A DNA stretch of 64,000 nucleotides from an uncultured delta proteobacterium (GCA_963850305.1 CAWKKR010000007.1:480001-544000), one strand, 5' to 3'; counted from the first letter of the stretch, positions 1 to 10,660 are shown. Translations and numbers: made by a program. The notes: generated from the letters alone by a model not told the origin.

Positions 1-1473
1 CCACGGAGAGAGGCCGGACCTTTTCTCCGTGGCTCCGGCACTTGCGGATTTGACGTTGTCGGCGCGGTAGGCGGCCACGGCGATCGCCGCGGCGAGCCTC
101 GCGCGGTCTTCGTGGGCAACGAGGGTGCCTTCGCAGAGCGCGGCGCGGTGTCGATCGATGAAGCCCGTGTCGTAGTGGCCCGCCGCGAACTCGGGGTGCT
201 CGAAGAGACGTTCGTGGAACGGCAAGTTGGTCTGGATGCCGGCCACGACGTACTCGCCGATGGCGCGGCGCATGCGAGCGACGGCGCGCGCCCGATCGGG
301 GGCCCAGACGCAGAGCTTCGAGATGAGCGGATCGTAGTTGGGGCTGATCGTGCAACCTTCGTACGCGCCGCCATCGTCGCGAATGCCGGGGCCACTCGGT
401 GTTCGAAGCTTCGTGATCTTGCCGGGGCTCGGCAAAAAGCCCGTCGCCGGGTCTTCGGCGTAAACGCGGCACTCGATGGCCGCGCCCCTGCGCGTGACGT
501 CCTTCTGCTCGTAGCCGAGCGACTCGCCCGCGGCGATGCGCACCATCTCGCGCACCAGATCGAAGCCGGTAATGAGCTCCGTCACGGGATGCTCGACCTG
601 GAGGCGGGTGTTCATCTCGAGGAAGTAAAATTGTTTGTCCTGGCCGAGCAGGAACTCGAACGTGCCCGCCGAGAAGTAGCCGACGGCCTGCGCGCCCTTC
701 ACCGCGACCTCGCCCATTTGCCGGACGAGGTCGTCGTCGATCGCGGGGCACGGCGTCTCTTCGACGACCTTCTGATGCCGGCGCTGGATCGAGCAGTCGC
801 GCTCGAAGAAGTGGACCATGTTGCCGTCGCGATCGCCGAAGACCTGGATCTCGACGTGGCGTGGCTGAATGATGGCCTTCTCGATGTAGACCGTCTCGTC
901 GCCGAAGGACTTCTTCGCTTCGCTCTTCGCGCGGTCTAGCGCGGCGCCGAGCTCCTCCTCTTTGTGGACGAGGCGCATGCCCTTGCCGCCGCCGCCCGCC
1001 GTCGCCTTCAGCATCACGGGGTAGCCGACGCGCTTCGCCGTCGCCTTCGCCTCTTCGACGTCACCGGCGGGACCGCCGGGAACGATGGGAACACCCGCCG
1101 CGGACATCCGGTCGCGCGCGGCCGTCTTGAGCCCCATCGCGCGCATCGCGCTCGCGGGCGGACCGATGAACGTGATTCCCGCGCGCTCGCACGCTTCCGG
1201 CAGCGCCGGGTTCTCGGACAGGAACCCGTAGCCCGGATTCAGCGCGTCGCAGCCCGAGCGCTTCGCGACGTCGATGAGCTTGTCGATACGGAGGTAGCTC
1301 TCCGACGCGGCCGCTGGCCCGATGGGATACGCCTCGTCCGCCATGCGCACGTGCAGGGCTTCGCGATCCGGCTCGCTGTAGACGGCGACGGCGCCGATGC
1401 CCATCTCGTGCAGCGTGCGCGTGACGCGCACCGCGATTTCACCTCGATTCGCGATGAGAACTTTGCGGAACAT
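1..1473 (-). CDS. accC: Biotin carboxylase subunit of acetyl/propionyl-CoA carboxylase (3' end runs off the window start)
   Basis: Reverse complement from 1473 reads MFRKVLIANRGEIA, and later has PGYGFLSEN, GGGGKGMR and FLEMNTRLQVEHPVTE. It is absent from the ORF track because its stop lies outside the window. The + strand ORFs here are shadows. Confidence 0.92.
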   Translation of the reverse strand, partial: MFRKVLIANRGEIAVRVTRTLHEMGIGAVAVYSEPDREALHVRMADEAYPIGPAAASESYLRIDKLIDVAKRSGCDALNPGYGFLSENPALPEACERAGITFIGPPASAMRAMGLKTAARDRMSAAGVPIVPGGPAGDVEEAKATAKRVGYPVMLKATAGGGGKGMRLVHKEEELGAALDRAKSEAKKSFGDETVYIEKAIIQPRHVEIQVFGDRDGNMVHFFERDCSIQRRHQKVVEETPCPAIDDDLVRQMGEVAVKGAQAVGYFSAGTFEFLLGQDKQFYFLEMNTRLQVEHPVTELITGFDLVREMVRIAAGESLGYEQKDVTRRGAAIECRVYAEDPATGFLPSPGKITKLRTPSGPGIRDDGGAYEGCTISPNYDPLISKLCVWAPDRARAVARMRRAIGEYVVAGIQTNLPFHERLFEHPEFAAGHYDTGFIDRHRAALCEGTLVAHEDRARLAAAIAVAAYRADNVKSASAGATEKRSGLSPW

Positions 1474-1524
1474 TGCGGGCCGCTTCTAGCACGGAGTGCC
1501 GCGCGTGGCGGCCTCCTGGCTCTT

Positions 1525-1959
1525 CTACATTCTGAGCGTCGGCATCCCGGCTTCGGTCCAGCCTTTGATCCCGTCGGGCAGAACGTGGACGCGGGTGTAG
1601 CCGGCCTTGACGGCGCGGCTCGCGGCCGTCTGGGCCGCCCCGCACCAGGTGCTCGCGCAGTAGAAGACCATGGGCGTCCGCTTCGACGAGGGGAGCAGGT
1701 CCAGCGCGTAGTCATGGCTGCTCGGCAAAAGCGTTGCGCCGGGGATGACTCCGTATTCGTGCCGCGTCGTCGCTCCGTTCGCGTCATAAAGATGAGGAGG
1801 GTTGGCGCTCTTGAGGAGGCTCGCGAGCTGACCGACGGTCACCGGTTCGGCACGGCTGGCACGGCCCCCGCATCCGGCGGCTGCGAGAAGCGCCGCTGCG
1901 AGCACGGACCCCAGACGTCCACCCGTCAGGGTTTTCTTCGCGAATGGGAGGGTCTGCAC
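1525..1959 (-). CDS. Rhodanese-like domain lipoprotein
   Basis: Signal peptide with AAAGC lipobox; HEYGVIPGA, VFYCASTWC and GYTRVHVLPDGIKGW rhodanese motifs. Confidence 0.85.
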   Translation of the reverse strand: MQTLPFAKKTLTGGRLGSVLAAALLAAAGCGGRASRAEPVTVGQLASLLKSANPPHLYDANGATTRHEYGVIPGATLLPSSHDYALDLLPSSKRTPMVFYCASTWCGAAQTAASRAVKAGYTRVHVLPDGIKGWTEAGMPTLRM

Positions 1960-2167
1960 CTTGGCTCAAATACGCCCCTCGAGGCGTCGAGGTTTCGCGG
2001 GCGGCATACTAAGCGTTCCTGGCCGTGCGGGGCCAGTTGCTACCCCGGGGGTCGGATCGACGCGGCAGGTACCTGTACACCCAAGCAGTCACCGCGACCG
2101 CCGGCGGCTCTGCCGCGCGCCCGAAAACTTCGGGGCTCGGCCGCGACCACCCTAGAATCCAGACTCC

Positions 2168-4342
2168 GTGATCTTGCTAGCCGGCGCCTTCGAGCTCGTG
2201 CCGCTGCTCGCCGTGCTGCTTCTCGCGGTGGTGCTGGCGCTGCCTGCCGCGCTCGTCGTTCCAATCCTCGGCGGCGTACTCCGGCTTCCCGTCCTCGGCG
2301 GCCTCGTGCTCGCGGCCCTCCTCGTCGCGGCGGTCTGGGTCGCGGAACGCGCGTTCCGGAGCGCCGAGACGCGACGCGTTCCCGTGTGGGCCTGTCGCCT
2401 CGACGTCCTCGGACGAAGCGAGGGCGTTCGCATCGAAACCGTCGGCGGCAGGGCGGTTTCGCTCGGCCGCCTCGCGCGCCTCGGCGTTCCCGTGCCGGAT
2501 GGAATCGTTCTCACCTCGGAGCTGGTCGAGCGGATCCGACTCGCGGCGGGTGGCGAGCAGGACATCGAGCGCGTGTGGCGGGTCTTGCCGAGCCCGGCGC
2601 GGCGGGAACTCGACGCGTTTCTCGACGGTGCGAAGGGGAAGGTCGTCGTTCGTGCGTCGTTCACCGACCATGGGCCGAAGCACTCGTACGCCGGGGTCTT
2701 CCCGTCGGTGCGCGACGTCGATCCGGGGAGTCGCGAGGCGCTGATCGCGTCGATTCTCTCCGTCCTGGGGTCGTCCGATGATGCCATCGGGCGCGAGTAT
2801 CGACGCCGTCGCGGCGCGGGTCCGGGTGTTGCGCGCGCCGTCGTCGTGCAGCGTCAGATTGACGGGGAGGTGGCGGGCGCGATGGTCTCGCGGGGTCCCA
2901 GCGCGATGGCGGATTCGGTCATCGTGGACGTGGCGCGCCGGCGGTCGCCGCTGAGGTCTTTTCACTATGATCTCGTCGAAGGCAAAGCCGCGCCGCTCGG
3001 ATTCGAGGATAGCGCGGGCACTCCGGCGTGGATGCACCGTCTCGCTGTCCTTGCCGTGACGCTCGAGGCGGAGTTCGGGGGCCCCGTGAAGGTCGAGTAC
3101 GCGGTGGAGGACGGTCAGCCCTATGTCCTCGACGTGCGACGGATCACCGTCCCCGAGCGCAAGACGTGGGTGCACGCGCGTCCGCTCGACGCGTCGACGG
3201 AGCGCATGGTCCCCTTCGCGCTCGAGCTGCGGGGCGGCTTGCCGCTGGTGAGGCGCGTGCTCGAAAGGATGCTCGAACGCGCAGGCGCTGCAGGCCCCGT
3301 GAGAGAAGACGAGGTCCGTTACGCCGACGGCCTGGTGTACGTCGACGCCGAGGTCGTTCGAAGAGCTCTTGCGCGGCTGGGCGCGGACGTGCTGCTCAGT
3401 GGTGGGCTCACGGCGACGTTACGGTCGACGGCGGCCGTCAAGCCGCGGCCGCTCCCTTCGGTCCCCACCGTCACGGAGATCACGAAGGACGCGTGGCCCG
3501 AGCTCCGCGCTTGGCACGGCGAGCATCTACTCGGAGCTGCCAGCGTGCGACTCGAGCTCGTCGCTCGGGAATGGCTCATCCACACGCTCCTTCGTCTGGT
3601 CGACGGCGACGGCACTTCGAAGGAAGCTCGCCGGGGACATCCTGCGCTCAGGTGGCTGCTCCGGAGACGGGTGCGTCAAGCGAGCGACGAGGCGGAGCGC
3701 CAGCGCGGGGTTCTCGAAAAGGCGGAGGCCGAGCTCGGGAGCGCGGTTGCGCGCGTCCTGGCTCGCAGCGCCGGCGGCTGGAATGCGATGTTCAAGGGCG
3801 ACCGGCATCTCCACGCGACGCTCGACGAGATCGATCGATGGCAGGCGGAGCCCGGCGCTCGCGAGGCCCTCGAGACCGAGTGGCGAAGTCGGGGCGTCGC
3901 GTTCGACCGGCGCAAGGACCAACCGATGATGGCGCGGGTGCACCGTCCGGCCTTGCCGGAGCAACCTGCCGACGCGGTTCCCGTGACCGGTCCGATGTCG
4001 ATCGCACCGGGACGAACCTCCTCGCGCGCGAAAGTTCCGAAGCTCGCGGGTGTCGCGGCTGCCGGCGGCATCGGGAAAGGTCCACTCGTGCTCCTGGCCG
4101 GCCACGAGCCGGGCAAGGGTGAAGGAGCGATCATCGCACTCGCCGAGATGCGACCCGAGCTCTCGGCGGAGGTCTACGACGCGCGCGGAGTCGTCTTGCT
4201 CTCGGGCGGACTCGCGTCGTCCGTCGTCGAGCTCGCGGCCGAGCTCGGCGTGCCGGCGGTGCTGTGCCCGGGCGCGCGCGGGTTCGCGACCGAAGACGTT
4301 ACCATCGACGGCTCCACGGGCACCGTGCAGGTGCACCGATGA
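2168..4342 (+). CDS. Membrane-anchored PEP/pyruvate-binding (PPDK N-terminal-like) protein with a degenerate C-terminal PEP-utilising mobile domain
   Basis: N-terminal TM segments; VGGRAVSLGRL, GVPVPDG, VVVRAS, SYAGVF, AVVVQ and VKVEYA motifs; C-terminal GG..S....AAELGVPAV..VTIDGSTGTV, which lacks the catalytic His. Confidence 0.75.
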   Translation: MILLAGAFELVPLLAVLLLAVVLALPAALVVPILGGVLRLPVLGGLVLAALLVAAVWVAERAFRSAETRRVPVWACRLDVLGRSEGVRIETVGGRAVSLGRLARLGVPVPDGIVLTSELVERIRLAAGGEQDIERVWRVLPSPARRELDAFLDGAKGKVVVRASFTDHGPKHSYAGVFPSVRDVDPGSREALIASILSVLGSSDDAIGREYRRRRGAGPGVARAVVVQRQIDGEVAGAMVSRGPSAMADSVIVDVARRRSPLRSFHYDLVEGKAAPLGFEDSAGTPAWMHRLAVLAVTLEAEFGGPVKVEYAVEDGQPYVLDVRRITVPERKTWVHARPLDASTERMVPFALELRGGLPLVRRVLERMLERAGAAGPVREDEVRYADGLVYVDAEVVRRALARLGADVLLSGGLTATLRSTAAVKPRPLPSVPTVTEITKDAWPELRAWHGEHLLGAASVRLELVAREWLIHTLLRLVDGDGTSKEARRGHPALRWLLRRRVRQASDEAERQRGVLEKAEAELGSAVARVLARSAGGWNAMFKGDRHLHATLDEIDRWQAEPGAREALETEWRSRGVAFDRRKDQPMMARVHRPALPEQPADAVPVTGPMSIAPGRTSSRAKVPKLAGVAAAGGIGKGPLVLLAGHEPGKGEGAIIALAEMRPELSAEVYDARGVVLLSGGLASSVVELAAELGVPAVLCPGARGFATEDVTIDGSTGTVQVHR

Positions 4343-5866
4343 TGCCGCTCGTCCTCGCTGCCTATGCCGCGTTCGCCCCGACGATCTTTCTCGCTCTGCT
4401 CGGTGCGGCCCGCTTCATCGCCGCGAAGCTTTCGTCGGGGGAGTTTTCGTGGGTTCGGTACGGTGCGTGGCTCGCCACCGCGCTCGTGGGTGGGCTATTG
4501 CTCCTCGCCGCCCGTACCACGGTGGTGTTTCTCGCGGTCGCGGTGACCCTCGTTGCCTGGGTGCTGCTCAGGGCTGCCGCGGACGCGCAGTCCACGACGC
4601 TCCGCGAGAAGGTCGGCTTCATTCAGCTCTACGCGGGTCTCTCGCTCGTGGAGTACGGCGCGCTCGATCGCGTGGGAGCGCTCGACGGGACTCATGCGTC
4701 GAGGTCGTTCACGTTCGCGCTCCACGATTACCTGGGTCATCTTCTTCTGCCGATCCCGTCGCTCCTCGTCGGGTGGATACCCGCGCCGTCGTGGGCGCAG
4801 CCGGGCGCCATCGCCGGCGCCGTCGCCACTCTGCTGGCCGGGCACTTTCTCCTCGCGGCGGCGCTCTCCACCTTCGCCGTCACGGCGTTTGCCTACGCCT
4901 ATTTCGCCGAGCACACGACCCCGGAGGTCGGTATCGCCCTCCTGCCCGCGCCGAATCTGGTGGCCTTCCTGTTCGCCGGGATTCTCGATCCTCGCCGCCG
5001 TTCTGCCCGAGAAGAGCGTCGCGCGGTTCGCGGCTTCGCTGATTTCGCTGTTCCTCACTCCGTTCTTTGCGGCCGAGGGTGTCTGGGTCGTGCACCGTCT
5101 CCTCGGGCGCCTGCGGACGCGGACGCTCGTGTCGACCCTCATCGCCGGAGCGGCGGTCATCGTGCCCGCCCTCGCCGTTGGGCTCGCCGCGCTGGGCTGG
5201 GCGTTCGACCTCGTCCGGGTCCGTGCGTTCGAGCCGATTCTCGGCGACGTGAAGCGCTCCGAGTCGCGCCCGCGCCTTCGAAGCGCGTTCACTTTGTCCT
5301 TAGGCGCTGCGGCCATCCTGGCCCTGCTCGCGCTCGCCGATCGGCAGGCACTGCGGCGCGCATCGCCGATGATAGAGGAGTCGTCCCACGTGTGCGGCAC
5401 GACGACGCTCGTGCCTTCGTCGGGAAGCGTGCTGGTCAGCGGGCCCGGGACGCACTACTCAATCGATGCCGATGAAACGCCGCTGCCGGCCCCTTCGCTC
5501 GACGCCGCGCGGAGCGCCTGCACGGCGCGCGGCGAGCGATTGTGCACGTCCGACGAATGGTACCGCGCGTGCGTGTGCACCTACCCCGACGAGTCTCTCG
5601 GCGGTCCCAAGGTCTTTTCCAACGACAAGATCGTGTACCGGCAAGACGGCGATCGTGCCGGGGCGACCGAGGACGTCCGCCGGTTGCTTTCGGGCGCGAG
5701 CGAGGTCGTCGCGCCCGAAGTCCGAGGCGGTGCGATCCTTCTCGCGGGCGCGAACGACGCCGTCGACGACGCGTGGACGGCCGACTGCCGTTACCGCGCG
5801 CTCGTGACGGCACGCGCACTCGAGGGGGATGTGGCGAAGGTCATTGCGGTGCGCTGCTGTCGCTGA
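4339..5866 (+). CDS. Multi-pass membrane protein with C-terminal FGE/sulfatase-modifying-factor-like domain (frameshift near 4982)
   Basis: ATGA overlap with the upstream gene. The hydrophobic sequence in ORF 4264..5475 continues in ORF 4553..5866. The C-terminus has ARSACTARGERLCTSDEWYRAC and ends VRCCR. Removing one T at GATTC 4980-4984 joins the frames. Confidence 0.6.
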
Positions 5867-7037
5867 CGGGTTTTTGCCCGGGCGGTCCGAGCCGCATGCA
5901 CGAGTGCAGGTCCGGCTCTCCGACGTCCGTGCCGCCGATCCCGTTCGACAGGCGCGCGATCGCTCGCTCGAAGATGCCCTCTTCTTCCGGGCGAGTCGTG
6001 CCTGCGAGCAACTTGGGCTCGCCGTCCACGATGAGGTAGGGGCAAGCGTCGACTTCGGCGCCGCTCTGCGAGAACGCGACTCTCGCGAAGAAGCTTCGCG
6101 CCGTCCACGGATCTTTCGGATCTTCTTCCGCGACCAGGTTACCGAGGCCATAAAACACCGGGCGCCCGGAGACCCACCCCACGCCGAGCGGTGCACGCGC
6201 GCCGTGCTCGAAGACCGCGTCGGCGCCCGCGGCGATCGCTGCATGTGCGACCGCAATCTGAGCGTCGCTCGGCGACTCACCGGAAGCGGTTCCCCCATGA
6301 TAACTCACGAGCACGAGATCGTTGCTGCTTCGCGCGGCCTTCACGGCAACGGCCAGCCGATCGGGGCTTGCGTCCGCGACGCGATGGCGACCTTCCTTGG
6401 ACGCGGCGTCTTTGTCGGGCCAATCCGTGACGGCGAAGACGGCGATGGACCAACCCCTCACGTGAAGCTCGGCCGGAGCGTCCGTCTTGGCGACGTCCCG
6501 GTTCGCGCCCGCCACTGCAATCCCTGCTCGCGAGAGGTTCGCGAGGGTGTCGTCGAACGGGCCCTCTCCGGACGACCAGAGTTCGTCGTTCCCGACGGAG
6601 AGGAACCCGAGCCGCGCACGCGCGAGCGCGGCCGCCGCCCCGGGCGGCCCCACCGGTGTCACGAGTCGGCCCGCCGCTGCCGGCTTGTCGCTGATCGGCG
6701 ATATCAGGTTCGCGACGCGCAGATCTGCGTCGTCGAGGACGGGCCGGAGTCCCGCGAGCGGGTCGTAACTCTTGTCGGCGTCGATGAACGAGCGCACGTT
6801 GCCGCCGAGCGCGATATCTCCCGCCGCGACCACGACGACACGGTCGGCTCGCTCGCGCGCCGCTGCCGCTGACGTCGCACGCGCCGGCGGCGCCTTCGGG
6901 GCCGCGTTCGCGCTCCCGCCGGCACTGGCCGACGGTGCGCCCAGAACTCGGTGGAAGTCGAAGCTGTCGCACCCGACGAGCCACAGAAGCGCGATGGATA
7001 GAACCAAACCACTCCGGCGGAGCTGCGATGGACGCAC
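5841..7037 (-). CDS. CapA family (poly-gamma-glutamate capsule-type) metallophosphatase-like lipoprotein
   Basis: Lipobox LVGC; AAGDIALG, DLRVANL, GIAVAGA, AGADAVF and PVFYGLGNL CapA motifs, with the metal-ligand His residues degenerate. Confidence 0.8.
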   Translation of the reverse strand: MRPSQLRRSGLVLSIALLWLVGCDSFDFHRVLGAPSASAGGSANAAPKAPPARATSAAAARERADRVVVVAAGDIALGGNVRSFIDADKSYDPLAGLRPVLDDADLRVANLISPISDKPAAAGRLVTPVGPPGAAAALARARLGFLSVGNDELWSSGEGPFDDTLANLSRAGIAVAGANRDVAKTDAPAELHVRGWSIAVFAVTDWPDKDAASKEGRHRVADASPDRLAVAVKAARSSNDLVLVSYHGGTASGESPSDAQIAVAHAAIAAGADAVFEHGARAPLGVGWVSGRPVFYGLGNLVAEEDPKDPWTARSFFARVAFSQSGAEVDACPYLIVDGEPKLLAGTTRPEEEGIFERAIARLSNGIGGTDVGEPDLHSCMRLGPPGQKPVSDSSAPQ

Positions 7038-7085
7038 GACCCTCTATCCTAGAGCGAAGGCCGGCCTCAAGTCCCGCCCGTTTTC

Positions 7086-8324
7086 TTAGAATGTCAGGCT
7101 TCGATCGGCGAAGAACTCGCCAAGGCGCTCGCCGACGTAGGTCATGGCGTGTCGATCGGCATCGGTGAACGCGCCCCGCCGTGTCGGATCCACGAGTTCG
7201 ATGGCGCCGAGATGCCGTCCGTCGAAGTGCACCGGCGCGCAGAGTACCTGTCGCGAAGGGTGAATTGGTCGAAACCGACTCCCCGTGAACCACCCCGCAT
7301 TCGCGGCATCTGCCGTGACGGCCTGCATTTTCTCGAGCGCGTGCCGGAGCAGCGGGTCCGTCTCCGCCGCCCGCGTTCCGATGACCTCCGCGTGCCGCTC
7401 TCCCGCCGCCGCGACAATGACGAAATCACGCGTCCCTACATCCGAGACATGGACGAACCCCGCCGCCGACGGGATGGCTTCGAGCGCCGTTCGCAGAACC
7501 AGCGATGCTCCCTGGACGACGTCCTCCGACCGCCGCAGGGCGTGCAACGCTTCGATGACCGCGAGCAACGGGTCGGCCATCCCCTCCGGCGGTGGTCGCA
7601 CCGACGGCTCGCGGGCGCTTTCCGGGGGAAGGCGTCCGCCTCCGTGGTTCTCCGGCACAGGCGAGCGCAGAGTGTCTCGCTGGTCCGACTCCGGGTGCGC
7701 ACTCCAGCGCTCTTCGGGCGGCGGCGCGACCTTCTGGGAGCCGCGTACGTCGCCGCCGAGCTCGCGAAGCGATGACTCCGGCCACACGTCGGGAGGCGGG
7801 CTGGGTGTGGTGTGTCGCGCGCGCGCCCGCTCGATCTCGAGTGCCGTGCGAAGGGCCGAGATGGCGCCGGCGGTGTCGCCGATCGCCTCGTACACGCCGC
7901 TCAACTTTTCGAACGCGAGGGCGGCGCGCGGCAGCTCCGTGGGCTCCCGCACGAAGTGATCGTGAAGCGCCGCCGCACGCGTGCGAAGGACGGCGGCAAG
8001 CTCCTCGTCCTCCCGGTGGTTCCGGTACAGATCGACGAGGTGCTCGGCGGCCCGCATGTTCAGCGGATCACGCTCGAGCGCGGCCTCCAGCAGATGAATA
8101 CTCCCCCGCTCGTCCCCGAGGGTCTCGAGCTTCACTCGCGCTGCTTCGGTCAACCAGTGGCTTGCGGCGACATTCTGGTCCGTCCGCCCCGCAGCGCCCT
8201 CGAGCAACGAAGCATACGTCCTCGGATCCTTCCCGACGGCCTCGTAAACCGCGAACAGCGCGCGCTGGTCGAACGGTTGATCCAGAAGGCTCTGGGTTAA
8301 GGACGTCTGCTCCGCCAGGTTCAT
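7086..8324 (-). CDS. GAF domain protein with N-terminal TPR-like helical region
   Basis: C-terminal VLCAPVHFDGRHLGAIELVD...FTDADRHAM GAF signature; helical N-terminus and Pro-rich linker. Confidence 0.75.
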   Translation of the reverse strand: MNLAEQTSLTQSLLDQPFDQRALFAVYEAVGKDPRTYASLLEGAAGRTDQNVAASHWLTEAARVKLETLGDERGSIHLLEAALERDPLNMRAAEHLVDLYRNHREDEELAAVLRTRAAALHDHFVREPTELPRAALAFEKLSGVYEAIGDTAGAISALRTALEIERARARHTTPSPPPDVWPESSLRELGGDVRGSQKVAPPPEERWSAHPESDQRDTLRSPVPENHGGGRLPPESAREPSVRPPPEGMADPLLAVIEALHALRRSEDVVQGASLVLRTALEAIPSAAGFVHVSDVGTRDFVIVAAAGERHAEVIGTRAAETDPLLRHALEKMQAVTADAANAGWFTGSRFRPIHPSRQVLCAPVHFDGRHLGAIELVDPTRRGAFTDADRHAMTYVGERLGEFFADRSLTF

Positions 8325-8604
8325 TCTAGTCCCCCAAAGGACCGGATACTGCTCCTCGGTAGCACGAACTCGGACCGAGAGGCACCGGTCTCGGCGGAAC
8401 CGCCGTCTGCCCCATTAATCCCCGTCCTCGAATGATCTGGGGACACCCACAGAATTGCAAAGATGTTTCGCGCTCGAGGCGTTCCGCGACGCCTGCGCGA
8501 AACACGATTCATCGCGCCTCTACGCACCGTCCGCCATGCGCGGTAGTGGTACGGGTCCGTGGCGTTCACGTCGGCCTGGCGACGGGCAGCGCAAAGGAGA
8601 ATCG

Positions 8605-9390
8605 ATGTCCGACCGAGTAACGTTGAGCGTCACCGACGGAGTCGCGGATGTCCGGCTCAATCGCCCGGAGAAGATGAACGCCATCGACGCGGCGATGTTC
8701 GAGGGTCTGGTCGAAGTGGGAAAGCGTGTGGCCGATGACCGCCGGATTCGCGCCGTCGTGCTGAGCGGCGAGGGCCGCGCGTTCTCGGCGGGCCTGGATT
8801 TCAAGAGTTTTCTGTCGGAAGACGGCGGGGATTTGCTCGCGCACGAGCCGGGTAGCGTTGCAAACCGCGCGCAGCGCGCCGCATGGATCTGGCAGGAGGT
8901 CCCCGTTCCCGTCATCGCTGCGGTCCACGGAGTCGCGTTCGGCGGTGGACTGCAGATCGCCCTGGGTGCGGATCTCCGATATGCGGCCGCGGACGCCGAG
9001 CTGTCCGTCATGGAGATTCGCTGGGGTCTGGTCCCCGACATGAGCGGGACTCAAACACTGCGCCGACTCGTGCGCCTGGATGTCGCGAAGGAGCTGACAT
9101 TCACCGGTCGGATCATATCGGGGACGGAAGCGCACGCGCTCGGCCTCGTCACCCGTATCGCGGTATCGCCGCTCGAGGCAGCGCTCGCCGCGGCGCGTGA
9201 GATTGCCGCAAAGTCGCCGCACGCAATCCGAGCTTCGAAGAAACTCCTGAATGCCTCCGGTCTGACGACGCTCGAGGACGGGCTCGCGCTGGAAGAAGAG
9301 TTGCAGGGCGGCCTTCTCGGGTCCGAAAACCAGATCGAAGCGGTCATGGCCAATCTCGAAAAGCGAGGTCCCCGTTTCCAGGATCCGTGA
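8605..9390 (+). CDS. Enoyl-CoA hydratase/crotonase family protein
   Basis: LNRPEKMNA, FSAGLD, AFGGGLQIALGADLR and MEIRWGLVPD motifs; GGAGA RBS before ATG 8605. Confidence 0.92.
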   Translation: MSDRVTLSVTDGVADVRLNRPEKMNAIDAAMFEGLVEVGKRVADDRRIRAVVLSGEGRAFSAGLDFKSFLSEDGGDLLAHEPGSVANRAQRAAWIWQEVPVPVIAAVHGVAFGGGLQIALGADLRYAAADAELSVMEIRWGLVPDMSGTQTLRRLVRLDVAKELTFTGRIISGTEAHALGLVTRIAVSPLEAALAAAREIAAKSPHAIRASKKLLNASGLTTLEDGLALEEELQGGLLGSENQIEAVMANLEKRGPRFQDP

Positions 9391-9407
9391 CCGAGGCCTG
9401 GCTTCGG

Positions 9408-9872
9408 TCAGCGACCGGGCGCGGCGCCGCCCGCGCATGCGCGAGCCTCGCCTAGCTGGCACCCACGCTCCAGGAACCTCTTCGCTAGCGCCGCGTCCTT
9501 CGGGACGTCCGTGCCGGCAGCGAGCATCGTCCCCGCGCGATAGCAAGCCTGCCGATGTCCGTATTCACAGGCGTCGCCGAGCAATCGCACCCCCTCCCGC
9601 CCATCGTGCCGTGGCCCTTGCGCCAGGGCCGCATCTGCCAGAGAGACGCAGGAGTCAGCGTTCCTCTTCAGACACGCGCTCCGGAGGAGATCGCAAGCAG
9701 CGGGCTTGCCGTGTGCGCAGTCGTCCCCCCGGCGCGACAAGATGTCGAGCTCCGCGTGTGCGCGCCACGAAAGGAACGCGAACGAGCCGACTGTCGCGAC
9801 GACCGTGACGAGCACGGCACCCCCTATCGCCTGAAGCCCCGCTCGCGTCGAGTCGTTGGTGTTGGCGGACAA
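9408..9872 (-). CDS. Sel1-like repeat membrane protein
   Basis: N-terminal TM helix; ACEYGHRQAC and RGCQLGEARAC Cys-type Sel1 repeats. Confidence 0.7.
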   Translation of the reverse strand: MSANTNDSTRAGLQAIGGAVLVTVVATVGSFAFLSWRAHAELDILSRRGDDCAHGKPAACDLLRSACLKRNADSCVSLADAALAQGPRHDGREGVRLLGDACEYGHRQACYRAGTMLAAGTDVPKDAALAKRFLERGCQLGEARACAGGAAPGR

Positions 9873-10034
9873 GCCGGCGGACTATACCCTCCCGGGCGGG
9901 GCTCTGCTCCGACCATCTCGATGTCGACTCGTGCCCCGCGGAACGCGACTCGGCACTTCGAGGCGCCGGTCGGTCGCGTGTCCTCGGCGCGCGCGTTCCC
10001 TTCCCGATGAAACCGTGCTGTCCTCGCGCACATC

Positions 10035-10574
10035 ATGCGCCGTTTCTTCATTGCTTCGTGCTTGGTCGCCGTTCCTTCCCTCCTGGGTTGCTCGAGCAAC
10101 AAGAGTTCCCCGGCGAACTCCTCCGAACCAGATGCGACCGCTCCAGTGGTCGATTCTGGTACTGAAATGTCCACGGATTGGCCCGCGTCCGTCGACGCTG
10201 GGCCTCTCGACTGTACGGCAGCGCGGTGGCCCGGTTTCAGTAACGCATGCTGGAGCTGCCTCTGCGACGCATGCGCTCCGCAGCTCGACGAGTGTGACGC
10301 GGGTTGCGTCAGCGTGCTCGACTGCGCGATCACGAATCAGACGTTCGGGAACGTGGCGGCGGACCTAAAGTGCGAAACGCTCCTCACGGCGCAAACTTGC
10401 GTAAAGGAGACCAGTCAGGTGCAGGCGGCGCTGGCCGTGATCCCACTCGACGCATGCCTCCTCTCGTCGGCGAAGAAGCTGACCGGGGAGTTCCGGACGT
10501 GCGATACGGCATGCGGCATCCGCTATCCCGGCGGCATCTGTGCGCGCAGCAAAGCTGACGCCGGCTCGAACTGA
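10035..10574 (+). CDS. Cys-rich lipoprotein, unknown function
   Basis: Signal peptide with LLGC lipobox; multiple Cys pairs. Confidence 0.65.
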   Translation: MRRFFIASCLVAVPSLLGCSSNKSSPANSSEPDATAPVVDSGTEMSTDWPASVDAGPLDCTAARWPGFSNACWSCLCDACAPQLDECDAGCVSVLDCAITNQTFGNVAADLKCETLLTAQTCVKETSQVQAALAVIPLDACLLSSAKKLTGEFRTCDTACGIRYPGGICARSKADAGSN

Positions 10575-10660
10575 CCCCCGGAGATCGCGTGAGTCGACCC
10601 TGCGTTTGGCCACGCCCGATGGGCGAGGCGCGTCGAAACGCGAGGACGCCCGTGACGTGC

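Noticed and set aside
112..2781. Long + strand ORFs 112..939 and 964..2781
   Set aside because: Antisense or off-frame shadows of accC, the rhodanese gene and the PEP-utiliser gene. High GC content produces many such ORFs throughout the window.
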